This document shows positions 10,396 through 21,025 of a stretch of 64,000 bases of DNA, piece after piece; within the stretch, counting starts at the first letter, position 1, and every line of letters begins with the position of its first letter. The stretch spans positions 6,304,001-6,368,000 of the forward strand of contig OZ240241.1 in the NCBI GenBank assembly GCA_965198115.1. The letters run 5' to 3'. The stretch is from Candidatus Latescibacterota bacterium. Lineage in GTDB: Bacteria > Latescibacterota > UBA2968. A program made the position numbers and the translations under genes. The notes under the pieces were generated by a model. That model was not told the origin of the DNA. It searched no databases and saw only the letters and a program-made list of their open reading frames with translations.

Positions 10396-11304
10396 GTGAG
10401 TGACGCCAGCCCACGGATCGTAGAATTCGATAGCAAACACGCCGAAGCACTCCGCCAGGTCTTCGAGACGACGACGGCAGATTGCGCCCATTGTCATTCG
10501 GTAGATTCAGCCATCTTCGTAGAGACGCTGAGCGGCAAGACGGAGTCCGCTGTCAATGAGTGCGTTCTCGTTTCAATCGGACCGGAGGGTCCATCGGGAT
10601 TCTGTCACGCCTTGATTCAGAATCCGGAGGATCAGGAGGGGACGCTTGGGGCCATTCGGTTTCTGGGCTACGCACCGGGTGATCGCGGTTCGGGGCTGGC
10701 CCTACTCAGGGCGGCGGTTGACTACTGCCAGTCGTCGGGGGTGGCGCGAATACGCGCCTTCCATCAGAGGGAGCGGTACCCGTTTTACCATCGAAACCAC
10801 GCGTATCTATCCGACCGTATCGGCCATATTCAAGCACTTCTGTCGTGCGAAGGATTCAGGAAGCAGGGTGGTGAGGTCCACCTCGACTGGGAGAACTGCG
10901 AACCCGGCGAGCCGTTTGAAATCGAGCAACCCGTCGATCTGACGTGGGTGTCGGAGGAAAGCGCGGGATCGATACCCGCTTTCAAGGGTAAGGCGATGAT
11001 GGACGAGACGCTTGTCGGCGAGTGTCACGTGGCGTCGTGCGCCGACTGCCACGCGAGTCAGGGCGAGCGCCTTTTCGTCAACTGGCTGGGCGTCGAGGAA
11101 GATTTCCAGGGAAAAGGCTACGGCCGATACATTCTGCAGGAAGCGCTCAGGGAAGGAAGACGGTTGGGCTACCAACACGCGGCGATCAGTACGGCGTTCA
11201 ACAACCACCGGGCCTATGCCTTCTACACCAACTATGGATTTCGGGTGACGGATTGGACGTATGGCTGGGAGCTGAGCGACGATGGTAAAGGCGCCCAAGG
11301 TTGA
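10396..11304 (+). CDS. Tandem-domain GNAT acetyltransferase
   Basis: AGGAGG RBS; C-terminal LGVEEDFQGKGYGRYIL and NHRAYAFYTNYGF; degenerate N-terminal GNAT domain. Confidence 0.8.
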   Translation: MSDASPRIVEFDSKHAEALRQVFETTTADCAHCHSVDSAIFVETLSGKTESAVNECVLVSIGPEGPSGFCHALIQNPEDQEGTLGAIRFLGYAPGDRGSGLALLRAAVDYCQSSGVARIRAFHQRERYPFYHRNHAYLSDRIGHIQALLSCEGFRKQGGEVHLDWENCEPGEPFEIEQPVDLTWVSEESAGSIPAFKGKAMMDETLVGECHVASCADCHASQGERLFVNWLGVEEDFQGKGYGRYILQEALREGRRLGYQHAAISTAFNNHRAYAFYTNYGFRVTDWTYGWELSDDGKGAQG

Positions 11305-11408
11305 AACCACTGAGCACACAGAGTACACCGAAGAAGCGCCACTGAGAGCACCGAGGATTTCAGGAAGCCGATGCGGATGAAGATGTCGCCTCGGTCTACC
11401 GTCCAGCC

Positions 11409-12965
11409 TCAAGTCGTGTGGCGTTGTTCTAGCGCTTCGTAGGCTTGGGTGAGGTCGGCGTAGACTTCTGCTGTGGCGGGGTCGGGGCGAACGGTCGAGC
11501 CGGCGATGGGCTGCGTGTAGGGATCGACGATTTCCTGCCAGGGAACGTCCGGACGGTGGCCTTGGGAAGCGCGAAAGGCGGCGCCGAGGGCTGCTCCGTT
11601 AGTCGTTTCGAATCGGTGCACGGGGCAGCCGTGCACGTTCGCGAAGATCTGAAGGATTTCCTCGTTGGCAGAGGCGCCACCCGTGACGTTGATGGATGTA
11701 ATGGCTACTTCCATCCACCGTGCGTGAATCTTGGATGACAAGGCTTGTGCTTCGACGACGGCTCTTACGTTGGCGGATGCATCGTCGTCGGCCAGGTTCT
11801 CGCGGACGACACCCGCGTTGGGGACGTGTGGCACGATTTCGGGATCGAAGTAGGGGAGCATCACTCCACCTTTGTTCCCGGGTGGCGTTGACCTGAGACT
11901 TTGCGTGAAGCCGTCCCAATCGAGGACGTAGCGATCGCGGATGGCCTCGCGGGCGAGACTGCCGTTGAGAAAACAGATCAGGGCCATGTAATGAACGTCG
12001 TCGGGGGATGCGAACAGACACCCCTCGCCTTCTTCGGAGACGACCGGTTCCGGGATGCAGGCGAACAAGGTGTCGCCCGTGCCGAGGCTGACGGCGACCT
12101 GTCCGGGTTCGACGAGCCCGAGCCCGATGAGGCTGCACGGGTTGTCACCCGAGAAGGGCAAGATGCGGCAGATGTCGTTCAATCCGAATCGTTCGACAAA
12201 ATAGGGGCTGATAGTGCCAACTGCCCGTGTCGATGGTGTGACAGGGAGTAGGCGGGCTGCAAGGTCAGGGGCCGTAGCGTCGAGGGCGGTCGGCGCCCAT
12301 TGTCGGGTACGGATATCCATCATGTTCGTACCGCTGCCGTCGCCTGCGTCGACGGGGACCAATTGTCCGACCAACAGGCTGGCGATGAACGAGCTGACGA
12401 GGCAGACGCAATCGGTCTGTTCGTATCCTTCCGGATCCTCTTGCCAGTATTTGCGAATCTGAGGACCACTGAACCGCTCGAAGGCGGTATTCCCGGTGAG
12501 TGCCAGCAGCTGAGCCGTGCCACCTACGTTGGATTCGATTTCGCGACACTGAGAGCCTGTCGACGTGTCCCTCCATATGGGCGCGGTCGCGCGGGAGAAA
12601 ATCCCGGTCACCTGGTCCCTCAATGGCCGATCGTGCGACAGCGACCCGAGGGTTTCTTCAGCAGTGTCGTTCAGGTAAACGGTTCCGTGTTGCTGACCGC
12701 TTCCAGCGATGGCTTCGATCCGGCCTACATCCACCGCCTCACGAAGACGATCGAAGAGCGCATCGAGTGCCTCGACCCACACGAGGGGATCACTGTGAAC
12801 CACGCCATCGCCCAGGTCGAGCGCGCCGCTTTCAAGACCATAGGCTTCCCCGAAATGTTCGTCGAAGTTGACGGAGATTTCAGCTACGATCGCCGCATCG
12901 TCGGTGCTGATGACGAGACCGGTCATCGATTGGGTGCTGGAATCGATTCCGAGGTAGAGAGACAT
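11409..12965 (-). CDS. xylB: Xylulokinase, FGGY family, eukaryote-type (XYLB-like) subgroup
   Basis: MSLYLGIDSSTQS, GSGQQHG, AFERFSGPQIRK, GDGSGTNMMDI, GDNPCSL, SLGTGDT, CFLNGSLARE, TGGASAN. Confidence 0.85.
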   Translation of the reverse strand: MSLYLGIDSSTQSMTGLVISTDDAAIVAEISVNFDEHFGEAYGLESGALDLGDGVVHSDPLVWVEALDALFDRLREAVDVGRIEAIAGSGQQHGTVYLNDTAEETLGSLSHDRPLRDQVTGIFSRATAPIWRDTSTGSQCREIESNVGGTAQLLALTGNTAFERFSGPQIRKYWQEDPEGYEQTDCVCLVSSFIASLLVGQLVPVDAGDGSGTNMMDIRTRQWAPTALDATAPDLAARLLPVTPSTRAVGTISPYFVERFGLNDICRILPFSGDNPCSLIGLGLVEPGQVAVSLGTGDTLFACIPEPVVSEEGEGCLFASPDDVHYMALICFLNGSLAREAIRDRYVLDWDGFTQSLRSTPPGNKGGVMLPYFDPEIVPHVPNAGVVRENLADDDASANVRAVVEAQALSSKIHARWMEVAITSINVTGGASANEEILQIFANVHGCPVHRFETTNGAALGAAFRASQGHRPDVPWQEIVDPYTQPIAGSTVRPDPATAEVYADLTQAYEALEQRHTT

Positions 12966-13094
12966 CTGGTTAGCCAGAATGCGACGTTGAAGGACTGAAC
13001 GATTGTTGAAGAAACAAAGGGATAGACTGGAGGGCAACTCGTGGGGACACAGTCCTTGAAGAACGGTCTGAAACGTGGTGTGGAGGGGTGTTGA

Positions 13095-14843
13095 GTGAAA
13101 GTCGGGGAGCGTGTTTCCCGTTTGCTTCGGTCGCCGCGCGTGGTCGTCTATGCGGTCGGTGTCGCGGTTCTGCTGAATTTGCCGTCGCTCGGCAACGGGT
13201 GGCAGATGGACGACCTGACCCATCGGGCTCAGTTTTTGGAAGTCGGTCCGATGACCGATTCGACCGACATGACGAATCGGATGTTCGATTTTCTGCGGGG
13301 AGACCCGGAGAAAATCAAGGCGTGGAAGGACATCGGTGTGTTGCCGTGGTGGGGCAACGACCGGTTGAAGTTCGCTTTTTGGCGACCGGTTTCGGCTCTG
13401 ACGCACGTAATCGACTATGCGCTCTGGCCTGATTCAGGTCCTTTGATGCACGCGCAGAATCTGGTCTGGATGGGGGCGCTGGTTGCCCTTGTCGGTCTCC
13501 TTTACCGTCGCTTGCTGTCTGTTTCCATCGCCGGTCTCGCTGTTCTGCTCTATGCACTGGACGATGCCCACGGTATTCCGGCGGGATGGCTCGCGAATCG
13601 GAACGCCGTGGTTGCCGCCGTGTTCGGATTCCTGAGTCTGATTGCACACCATCGCTGGCGGCAAGATGGGTGGCGTCCCGGTGGCCTGTTGGGTCCGCTG
13701 GCTTTCCTTGTTGCTCTGTTGGGTGGGGAGAGCGGTACCGGCATCGCAGCTTACCTTTTCGCCCACACCGTGTTTCTGGATGGGGAACGTGCGGCGTCTC
13801 GATTCAAAGTGCTGCTGCCTTACGTAGGTGTCGGTGGCGCGTGGTTGCTCTACTATAAAGCGGCCGGCTATGGAACATCCGGGTCCGGTTTCTATCTGGA
13901 TCCTCTCTCGGAGTCATCGGCGTTTCTCTCCGCGATGGTCGTTCGTGCACCCGTCCTTCTGCTGGGTCAGTGGTTTCTCCCGCCGTCTTCCTTCGCATTC
14001 ATGTGGACACCGGACCAGATGGTCATCGTCGCCTGTGTCGGTGTGGGTGTACTTACTCTGATCGGGTGGCTTCTATGGCCTATCCTGAAAAGCCGCGTGG
14101 AAGCCCGATTCTTCGCGATCGGTATGCTGATCGCGGTCGTCCCGACCTGTGCGACCATACCGCACGACCGCCTGCTGTTGTATGTCGGTTTCGGGGCGAT
14201 GGGTCTGTTGTCGCTGCTGATACACGCTTTAGCCGATGACATCGTGCGTTGGCGTCGTGTGCTGGGCTGGGTTTTCGTGGTCGTGCACGTCGTCATCGCG
14301 GCTCCCTTTCAAACGATTTTCGCGATGTCTCCAAAGACAATCGAGCCGGCGATTATAGGTCCTGGGCTCAGTCTGCCGGACGATCCAGCCCTGATCGACC
14401 AGCGCCTTGTGATCGTCAATGCGCCCTCGTTTTTCTACGCGCAGCCGACCATGCTCGTGCGTCGATTCGCCGATCGGCTATCGCCGAGGAGCTTGTTGAT
14501 GCTGGCTCCGGGAGTTACGGAGGTCACAGTCCATCGGCTTTCCGAGAACGAGATGACGGTCGATGTCGAAGATGGCTATCTGCTTTCGCCCCTGGACATT
14601 CTCTTTAGATGTTTGGACGATCCGATCGAAGACGACTATCGGATCGCATTAACCGGTGTGGAAGTTGCGCTGATGGAGAAGACCTCGGACGGTCGCCCGC
14701 AGTCGGCTGCGTTCACGTTCGATGTGAACGTCGAGGACGAGTCCCTCCGGTGGGTCAGATATGAAGAGGAGGTGTTCATTCCATTCGAGCTGCCCGCTGT
14801 TGGAGAGACCGTGACGCTCGAGGCGGTGGCGATTCCGTTCTGA
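13095..14843 (+). CDS. Polytopic membrane protein, possibly a GT-C-fold glycosyltransferase
   Basis: N-terminal DD motif, FWRPV, WLANRN, ~10-12 hydrophobic segments, DRLLLY. Confidence 0.6.
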   Translation: MKVGERVSRLLRSPRVVVYAVGVAVLLNLPSLGNGWQMDDLTHRAQFLEVGPMTDSTDMTNRMFDFLRGDPEKIKAWKDIGVLPWWGNDRLKFAFWRPVSALTHVIDYALWPDSGPLMHAQNLVWMGALVALVGLLYRRLLSVSIAGLAVLLYALDDAHGIPAGWLANRNAVVAAVFGFLSLIAHHRWRQDGWRPGGLLGPLAFLVALLGGESGTGIAAYLFAHTVFLDGERAASRFKVLLPYVGVGGAWLLYYKAAGYGTSGSGFYLDPLSESSAFLSAMVVRAPVLLLGQWFLPPSSFAFMWTPDQMVIVACVGVGVLTLIGWLLWPILKSRVEARFFAIGMLIAVVPTCATIPHDRLLLYVGFGAMGLLSLLIHALADDIVRWRRVLGWVFVVVHVVIAAPFQTIFAMSPKTIEPAIIGPGLSLPDDPALIDQRLVIVNAPSFFYAQPTMLVRRFADRLSPRSLLMLAPGVTEVTVHRLSENEMTVDVEDGYLLSPLDILFRCLDDPIEDDYRIALTGVEVALMEKTSDGRPQSAAFTFDVNVEDESLRWVRYEEEVFIPFELPAVGETVTLEAVAIPF

Positions 14844-14910
14844 TGGAGCCATTCAGTGATCGGTGACCATTGACAAGTGACCAAAGTAGTCGTTAAGACC
14901 AAGACGATAG

Positions 14911-14934
14911 AACGCCCCCTTTGTGGGGCGTTTT
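14911..14934 (+). terminator. Intrinsic terminator
   Basis: AACGCCCC/GGGGCGTT stem followed by a T run, downstream of 13095-14843. Confidence 0.6.
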
Positions 14935-15004
14935 CGCGTGAGTCCGGCGCGCAACCTATCTTAGACGCCCTTTCATACAGGATGGCAGCCATAGGAGATC
15001 GAGT

Positions 15005-15792
15005 ATGGGAAGATTCGACGGTAAATCGGTGATCGTGACCGGGGGGCGAAAGGAATCGGCCGGGGGATTTGTCTGGCTTTTGCGGAAGCCGGGGCCGGAG
15101 TGGTTTGCGCGGATGTGGATGAAGAAGCGGGAGCTGTGATCGTTGCGGACGCGGAGAAGCTCGCCGACACGCTCAGGTTCGAGGCGGCGGATGTTGCCAC
15201 TGCCGGACCGTGTGAGAAGCTCGTGGCGACCGCACAGGAGGCGTTCGGTGGACTGGACGTGATCTGCAATAACGTTGGAATCCAACCTACGAACAGTTAC
15301 ATGCGCGCCCACGAGCTCCCAGAGGAGATGTGGAATCGAATTCTGGACGTCAACCTGAAGAGCGCGTTTCTGATGATGAAGTACGGTTTTCCAGCGATGA
15401 AAGCTCGAGGCGGTGGCGTCGTGATCAATACCGCGAGCGTGCAGGGACTGCAGTCTGCACCGCAGGTATCGGCTTACGCGGCGACCAAGGGCGGGATCCT
15501 GTCTTTGACACGGCAGCTGGCGCTCGACTATGCGGTGGACAATATCCGAGTGGTCGCCGTGAATCCAGGCGCGATCGACACACCGCTGCTCGTGGGAGCT
15601 TTGGAGGCAACCGGGGGTGACACGCCGGAGGTGAGGAAGCAAATGGCCGAGGCGCATCCGATCGGTCGTACGGGGAAGCCCGAAGACATCGCGCGAGCGG
15701 TACTCTTTCTCGCAAGCGACGAGGCGTCGTTCATGACAGGATCCTACGTGAACGTGGATGGTGGGTTGATGGCCAAGGGTGCCTGGGCTTGA
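15005..15792 (+). CDS. SDR family oxidoreductase (frameshift in the G-run near 15040)
   Basis: AGGAGA RBS, MGRFDGKSVIVTGG then GIGRGI after the shift; NNVG, YAATKGG, NPGAIDT, VDGG. Confidence 0.9.
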
Positions 15793-15825
15793 GCTGCGCG
15801 CTATAGCTGTGGACGGTGGACGGTG

Positions 15826-15844
15826 GACGGTGCACGGTGGACGG
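15826..15844 (+). repeat. Heptamer tandem repeat (TGGACGG)n, extending left to about 15810
   Basis: gtggacggtggacggtggacggtgcacggtggacgg just after the SDR stop. Confidence 0.75.
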
Positions 15845-15992
15845 AAACTACGGGCTTCGCCCTCTCTGTAGAGATGGAAGACAGAGACGACGGCTTCGTA
15901 CGATCGCCGGTGGGAGCGGTCGCCCGACTGCGAACGGTTGGCGATTGGTCGTGGGCGGCAAAAACGGGCTCCGCCACTATGATGACGTGTGA

Positions 15993-17101
15993 GTGATAAT
16001 GTCTTCGATTCCATTCATATCTGAACCCGGCGAGATTACGACGGAGTGGTTGACGGGGGCCCTTCGGGAGTACAGGCACCTGACACGTGGTGCCGTGTCG
16101 GATGTGGTGTTCGACGAGCGGATGAAAGCCGATCGCCAGATCAATCGGGTGTCCGTGAAGTATTCTGCCGATGCAGCCGGGACGTTGCCTTCGACGATCG
16201 TGTTCAAGCAGAGCTCGAACGGGTCACGGAACGTTTCTGATGTTCGAACGTGCGCGGCTGTTCGAGAGGTGCTGTTCTACGATCACTTCGCTTCGATGAC
16301 GCCCGGATTAAACGTCGCGCGGTGCTATGCGACGGGCGTGGAGGAGACGGTCGGGCATTCGTTCCTGTTGTTGGAGGATCTGAGCGAGTCGCACGAGCTG
16401 GTTCCCGACAGTGGCACGCCTTCCCCGTTCGGCGGATGGAAGTGTTTCGATAATGTGACATCGTCCGAGTTCTGCGAGCTCGTCGAGACGGTGGCGGAAT
16501 TACACGCCGCGTGGTGGGGGAAACCCGAGATTCGGGAAGGCGTCTTCGCTTCGTCGACGGGCGATCTACCCAGCGTGGTCGATTCGGTGACAGACGCTTA
16601 CATCGATAGGGGAGTGGCGAAGTTCGAAGAGAAGGACGTGGATGATGAAACGCGGAGCATCTGTGTACGATGCCTTCAGACGTGGCCCACGCTTTACGCG
16701 AATGGGTGGACTCGGGCGGTGTCGAAACGTTGATCCACAATGACTATCACCTTAGAAATGTGTTGATGCCAATCGCGGACGATGGTCAGGTGATCATATT
16801 CGATTGGGAGAATCTCTGTCGAGGCATGGGTGTTTACGATGTCGCGCACATGCTCATTTGCTCCATGCTGGCGCCGACACATCGCAAGGTCTGTGAGAAG
16901 GCAGTGCTCGAGACATATGTGCAAACGCTCGAGGCGAACGGCGTCGAGGGGTATGACCGTGCTGCGTGCGAGCACGACTACCGGCTTGCGGTGATAGGAG
17001 CGATCGTTCACGTCTACGGGCCCTCGTCCATGCGGAACTCGGCGGTCGATGCCTTTCGCGCGTGGGACTGTGACGCTTTGCTTCGTGAGGTCGGAGCGTG
17101 A
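15993..17101 (+). CDS. Ecdysteroid-kinase-like / APH-superfamily phosphotransferase (frameshift near 16700)
   Basis: ITTEWLT, REVLFY, LLLEDL, AELHAAWW, then LIHNDYHLRNV and IFDWE in the second frame. Confidence 0.82.
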
Positions 17102-17475
17102 AGAAACTCCTGCTCGTCGGCCTCGGAGGCTTCGTTGGATCCATCTTGCGCTATTCGGTGAGCGGAACGGCTCATAGGATGACGGCGATGGTCACTTTTC
17201 CGATCGGTACCTTCACGGTCAACGCGCTGGGCTGTCTGGCAATCGGATTTCTGAGCGGCCTGGCCGAAGCGCGGGAGGTCATCAGCCCGCAGACAAGACT
17301 GTTTCTGATGATCGGTCTGCTCGGTGGATTCACGACGTTTTCCGCATTCGGTTACGAGACGTTTGCACTCGCGCGGGATGCGGAGCGCCTTCCCGCGCTG
17401 GTGAACGTGCTGGCGAGCGTCATCCTGGGCCTCGGCGCAGTATGGCTCGGACAGATTCTGGCGAGGTTGATGTGA
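17098..17475 (+). CDS. crcB: Fluoride channel Fluc/CrcB
   Basis: GGFVGSILRY, FPIGTFTVN, GLLGGFTTFSAF; 125 aa with 4 TM segments. Confidence 0.95.
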   Translation: MKKLLLVGLGGFVGSILRYSVSGTAHRMTAMVTFPIGTFTVNALGCLAIGFLSGLAEAREVISPQTRLFLMIGLLGGFTTFSAFGYETFALARDAERLPALVNVLASVILGLGAVWLGQILARLM

Positions 17476-17490
17476 TACATACGTGGAAGG

Positions 17491-19605
17491 ATGGCTATGG
17501 CTGAGAAGAACAATCCGTTTCTGGTCCGCGAAGGACTGCCGCCTTTCGACAGGATGAAGGCCGAACACGTCGTTCCAGCGATGGAGCAGATTCTGACAGA
17601 GGTCGCAGAGCAGCTCGAGAAGATCGAGTCCGACGTGCAGCCGACGTGGGACGGATTGATGGCACCCCTAGAGGCTCTGGACATCCCGTTTGAATACGGC
17701 TGGAGTCCTGTGAATCACCTGTTGAGCGTGAAGAATGCGGATGACCTGCGGAAGGCGCACGAGGAGATTCAGCCGAAGGTCGTCGAGCTGAGTCTGTGCA
17801 TCAACCAGAGCCGAACGATCTACGAAGGAGCGAAGGCACTTCGAGATGGCGATGCGTGGGGGTCACTGGATGAGGCCCAGCAGCGCGCGGTCGAACTCAA
17901 ACTGCGCCACGCCGAACACGCGGGTGTGGGTCTCGAAGGAGCGGAAAAGGAGCGTTTTCAGGAAATCTCGCGCGAGCTGGCCAAGCTGAGTACGGATTTT
18001 TCGAACCACGTTCTGGATTCGAGGAAGCAGTTCGAGCTGATTATCGAGGATCCCACTCGTGTAGAGGGATGGCCACAAACGTTAAAACGGATTGCCGCGC
18101 AGTCCTACACGATGGCGCGAGAAGAGGACGCCTCGGCGATTCCCGAGGACGTAGCAGAAGCGGATCCGGAGACGGGGCCCTGGCGTATCACGCTCGATTA
18201 CCCGTCCTTCGGCCCCTTCATGCAGCATCACCGCGACCGGGACGATCGAGAGCATCTCTACCGTGCTTTTGTGACGGTCGCGTCGTCGGGTGAGTTCAAC
18301 AACACGGATCTGATCACGCAGACGCTCGCGCTTCGAATCGAGAAGGCGAACCTGCTGGGCTACGACACGTATGCGGATTTCAGTCTGGCCTCGAAGATGG
18401 CCCCGGGTGTCGATGCGGTCGGTGAGATGTTCGACGCGCTGAGTGCCCCGTCACGCCCGCACGCCGAGTTGGACCTGGAGGAGATGCGCGCCCTTGCCGC
18501 CGAATCTGGTGAGACAGAACCCCTCGCGCGGTGGGATCTGGCGTTCTGGGGCGAGCGGTTGCGTGAAAAGCGGTTCGATTACACGGACGACCAGCTGCGG
18601 CCTTTCTTCCCGCTGCCGAAGGTCCTGGACGGTCTGTTCGGGTTGACGGAACGGTTGTTCGACGTGACGATCGAGGTCGCGGACGGCGAAGTACCCGTTT
18701 GGCACGAGGATGTTCGCTACTTCTGCGTGCGTTCGTCCAACGGCGATCCCGTAGCGACGTTCTACCTCGATCCGTATAGCCATCCGAGCGAAAAGCGGGG
18801 AGGGGCGTGGTACAATGATTGCCTCTCTCGGCGGGTGTTAGATGGGGAGGTTCGGCTGCCCGTGGTGTATCTGTGCTGCAACGGAACGCCACCGGTTGGC
18901 GACACGCCCTCGTTGATGAGCTTTTCAGAAGTCCTCACGCTGTTCCACGAGTTCGGTCACGGCACACAGGGAATGTTCACGACGGTGAACTACGCAGACG
19001 TGTCGGGCGTGAGTGGCGTCGAGTGGGATGCGGTCGAACTGGCATCGCAGTTTCTCGAAAATTTCTGTTACCATCGCAAGACACTTCTCGGTTTGACTGA
19101 GCACGTGGAGACCGGGGAGCGTCTTCCGGACGATCTGTTCGAGAAGATCGTGGCGTCCCGGAACTTCCAGGCGGGGACGCAGATGTTGCGTCAGCTGGAG
19201 TTCGGGAAGGCGGACGTGCGTCTGCACGATGGATTCGACCCGGATGGGGCAGAGACGCCGTTCGATGTGTATCGTGAGGTATCGGAGGAGATGTCCGTGA
19301 TGGCTCCGGTCGAGGGAGATCGATTCCTCTGTAGCTTCGGGCATATCTTCGCCGGAGGATACGCGGCCGGCTACTACAGCTACAAGTGGAGTGAGGTTCT
19401 GAGCGCGGATGCCTTCGGTGCTTTCGAGGAGGCGGGACTGGACGACTCGGAGGCCGTGAAGAGGCTCGGGCGAAAGTATCGGGATACGATTCTGGCGTTG
19501 GGCGGTGGACGCCATCCGATGGATGTGTTCAGAGACTTCAGAGGGCGGGACCCGGATACGGGGGCGCTGTTGCGACAGCAGGAGCTGGCGAAGAACAGCG
19601 ATTAG
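17491..19605 (+). CDS. prlC: Oligopeptidase A (M3 metallopeptidase)
   Basis: KRGGAW, TLFHEFGH, VEWDAVELASQFLEN, HIFAGGYAAGYYSYKWSEVLSADAF. Confidence 0.95.
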   Translation: MAMAEKNNPFLVREGLPPFDRMKAEHVVPAMEQILTEVAEQLEKIESDVQPTWDGLMAPLEALDIPFEYGWSPVNHLLSVKNADDLRKAHEEIQPKVVELSLCINQSRTIYEGAKALRDGDAWGSLDEAQQRAVELKLRHAEHAGVGLEGAEKERFQEISRELAKLSTDFSNHVLDSRKQFELIIEDPTRVEGWPQTLKRIAAQSYTMAREEDASAIPEDVAEADPETGPWRITLDYPSFGPFMQHHRDRDDREHLYRAFVTVASSGEFNNTDLITQTLALRIEKANLLGYDTYADFSLASKMAPGVDAVGEMFDALSAPSRPHAELDLEEMRALAAESGETEPLARWDLAFWGERLREKRFDYTDDQLRPFFPLPKVLDGLFGLTERLFDVTIEVADGEVPVWHEDVRYFCVRSSNGDPVATFYLDPYSHPSEKRGGAWYNDCLSRRVLDGEVRLPVVYLCCNGTPPVGDTPSLMSFSEVLTLFHEFGHGTQGMFTTVNYADVSGVSGVEWDAVELASQFLENFCYHRKTLLGLTEHVETGERLPDDLFEKIVASRNFQAGTQMLRQLEFGKADVRLHDGFDPDGAETPFDVYREVSEEMSVMAPVEGDRFLCSFGHIFAGGYAAGYYSYKWSEVLSADAFGAFEEAGLDDSEAVKRLGRKYRDTILALGGGRHPMDVFRDFRGRDPDTGALLRQQELAKNSD

Positions 19606-19617
19606 GGAATCAGGAAA

Positions 19618-20184
19618 TTAGGGAATCGTGGTGAGGGGTTGGGAGTCGGCCTTCCGGTAGACGTAGACGTTTGTTTGGTAGACGTCGGGAACGGTTTCGG
19701 TGCGAATGGGGTGCCATCCAGGTACGGCGAATGTATTGCTGACGACGTGGGCGGTGTCTTTGAGTTCCGAGTCGAATTTCGTTCTTAATTTGCTCATCGT
19801 GGCAGGCGATTGATAACAGACGATGAGATCCGCATCGCTGAGGTCCACGTCCAGGAAGTTGGCCCGATCGACAAGGACTCCCTTCCCCTGGAAGGATGCG
19901 CGTAACCGGGCGACCCAGAACGGCACCGGCGAGTTTTCGTAGCCGAAGACCTGGATCTGGGGATGGTTCGCGGCAATCGGAAGGGCGAGGGTTCCCCATC
20001 CTATGCCCAGCTCGAAGACCTTTCCCCTGGGCTGTATCTGCGCGATGACTACGAGAATGACGCGTTTAACTCTGCGACCGGTTGGAGAGGGCGGAATGCC
20101 GTTCTCCATGGTGTAGATGACGATGGATGCGCCCGACAGAGCCACGGCGACGAGGAGCGAGAGAGACAGCACGGTCCAGAACAT
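19618..20184 (-). CDS. Membrane-anchored class I SAM-dependent methyltransferase
   Basis: N-terminal TM segment, GIPPSPT, FELGIGWG, GYENSPVP, VVSNTFAVPGW. Confidence 0.82.
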   Translation of the reverse strand: MFWTVLSLSLLVAVALSGASIVIYTMENGIPPSPTGRRVKRVILVVIAQIQPRGKVFELGIGWGTLALPIAANHPQIQVFGYENSPVPFWVARLRASFQGKGVLVDRANFLDVDLSDADLIVCYQSPATMSKLRTKFDSELKDTAHVVSNTFAVPGWHPIRTETVPDVYQTNVYVYRKADSQPLTTIP

Positions 20185-20231
20185 GGGGGGACGATAGGTC
20201 GTCGTGGCCACAATGACAAGGAGGCTGGCCG

Positions 20232-20968
20232 TTGGGCGTTTACACTGCACGTTTGGTGGATGAAGTTCGACTCGAACGGATGCGACCATCGCAGATCGAA
20301 GCGGCGATGGCCCGTTGCCCCGCCATTTATGTGCCTTGCGGTGCGGTGGAGTGGCACGGGTATCACAACCTGGTGGGACTCGATTGTCTGAAAGCTCACG
20401 AGCAACTCGTGGGTCTCGCCTTGCGCGTCGGAGGTGTCGTGTATCCCCCCGTCTATTTCGGCTCGGGGGGCGGTCACACCGACTGGCCGCACTCCTACAT
20501 GGTGGATGCAGAAGCGATGGCTTCGATTCTAACATCGCTGCTGCACGGGTTCGAGCGGGATGGCTATGGATCTGTCATTCTGCTTTCCGGCCACTATCCG
20601 AATCGAAGGCAGTATCTCGATTCCGCAACGGCGAGATATGCGGCGGAGGGGGGCGGGATGCGGGTACTCGCCGTCGTGGAAAACGAATTCGATGGGGTCG
20701 GGGGAGACCACGCGGCAAAGTTCGAGACATTATCGATGATGTTCCTCGACCCCGATGCACAGGATTTGTCGACCCTGGAGGGTGCACCTGTTGATGATAT
20801 GGGTGAAGCCGATGAGCGAAAAATTGGATGGATCGAGCCCTCGAGGGGCACCCGTGCTATGGGCTCGTGGGCATCGATCCACGTAAGCACGCCAGTGTCG
20901 CGGTTGGACGGGAATCTTCTGAGCGTCTGATCGATGCCCTCTCGGTGTGGCTACAGGGAGATTCGTAG
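20232..20968 (+). CDS. Creatininase / mycofactocin MftE-like amidohydrolase (frameshift near 20820)
   Basis: VPCGAVEWHGYH, LSGH, DHAAKFET; the C-terminal GIDPRKHAS frame ends at TAG 20966-20968. Confidence 0.82.
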
Positions 20969-21025
20969 CTCGGATTTCAGTTTGCGGTTGTTCCTGTTCG
21001 TGTATCTTAAAAGCCATTACGAAAA

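Noticed and set aside
12966-13406. N-terminal extensions in the ORF track (xylB to 13406; likewise the DGC, cusC, DHDPS and methyltransferase)
   Set aside because: Family similarity and RBS positions support the shorter starts, and several extensions overlap other genes.
17000-17100. Fluoride riboswitch upstream of crcB
   Set aside because: crcB overlaps the upstream stop (GTGA), so there is no leader to hold one.
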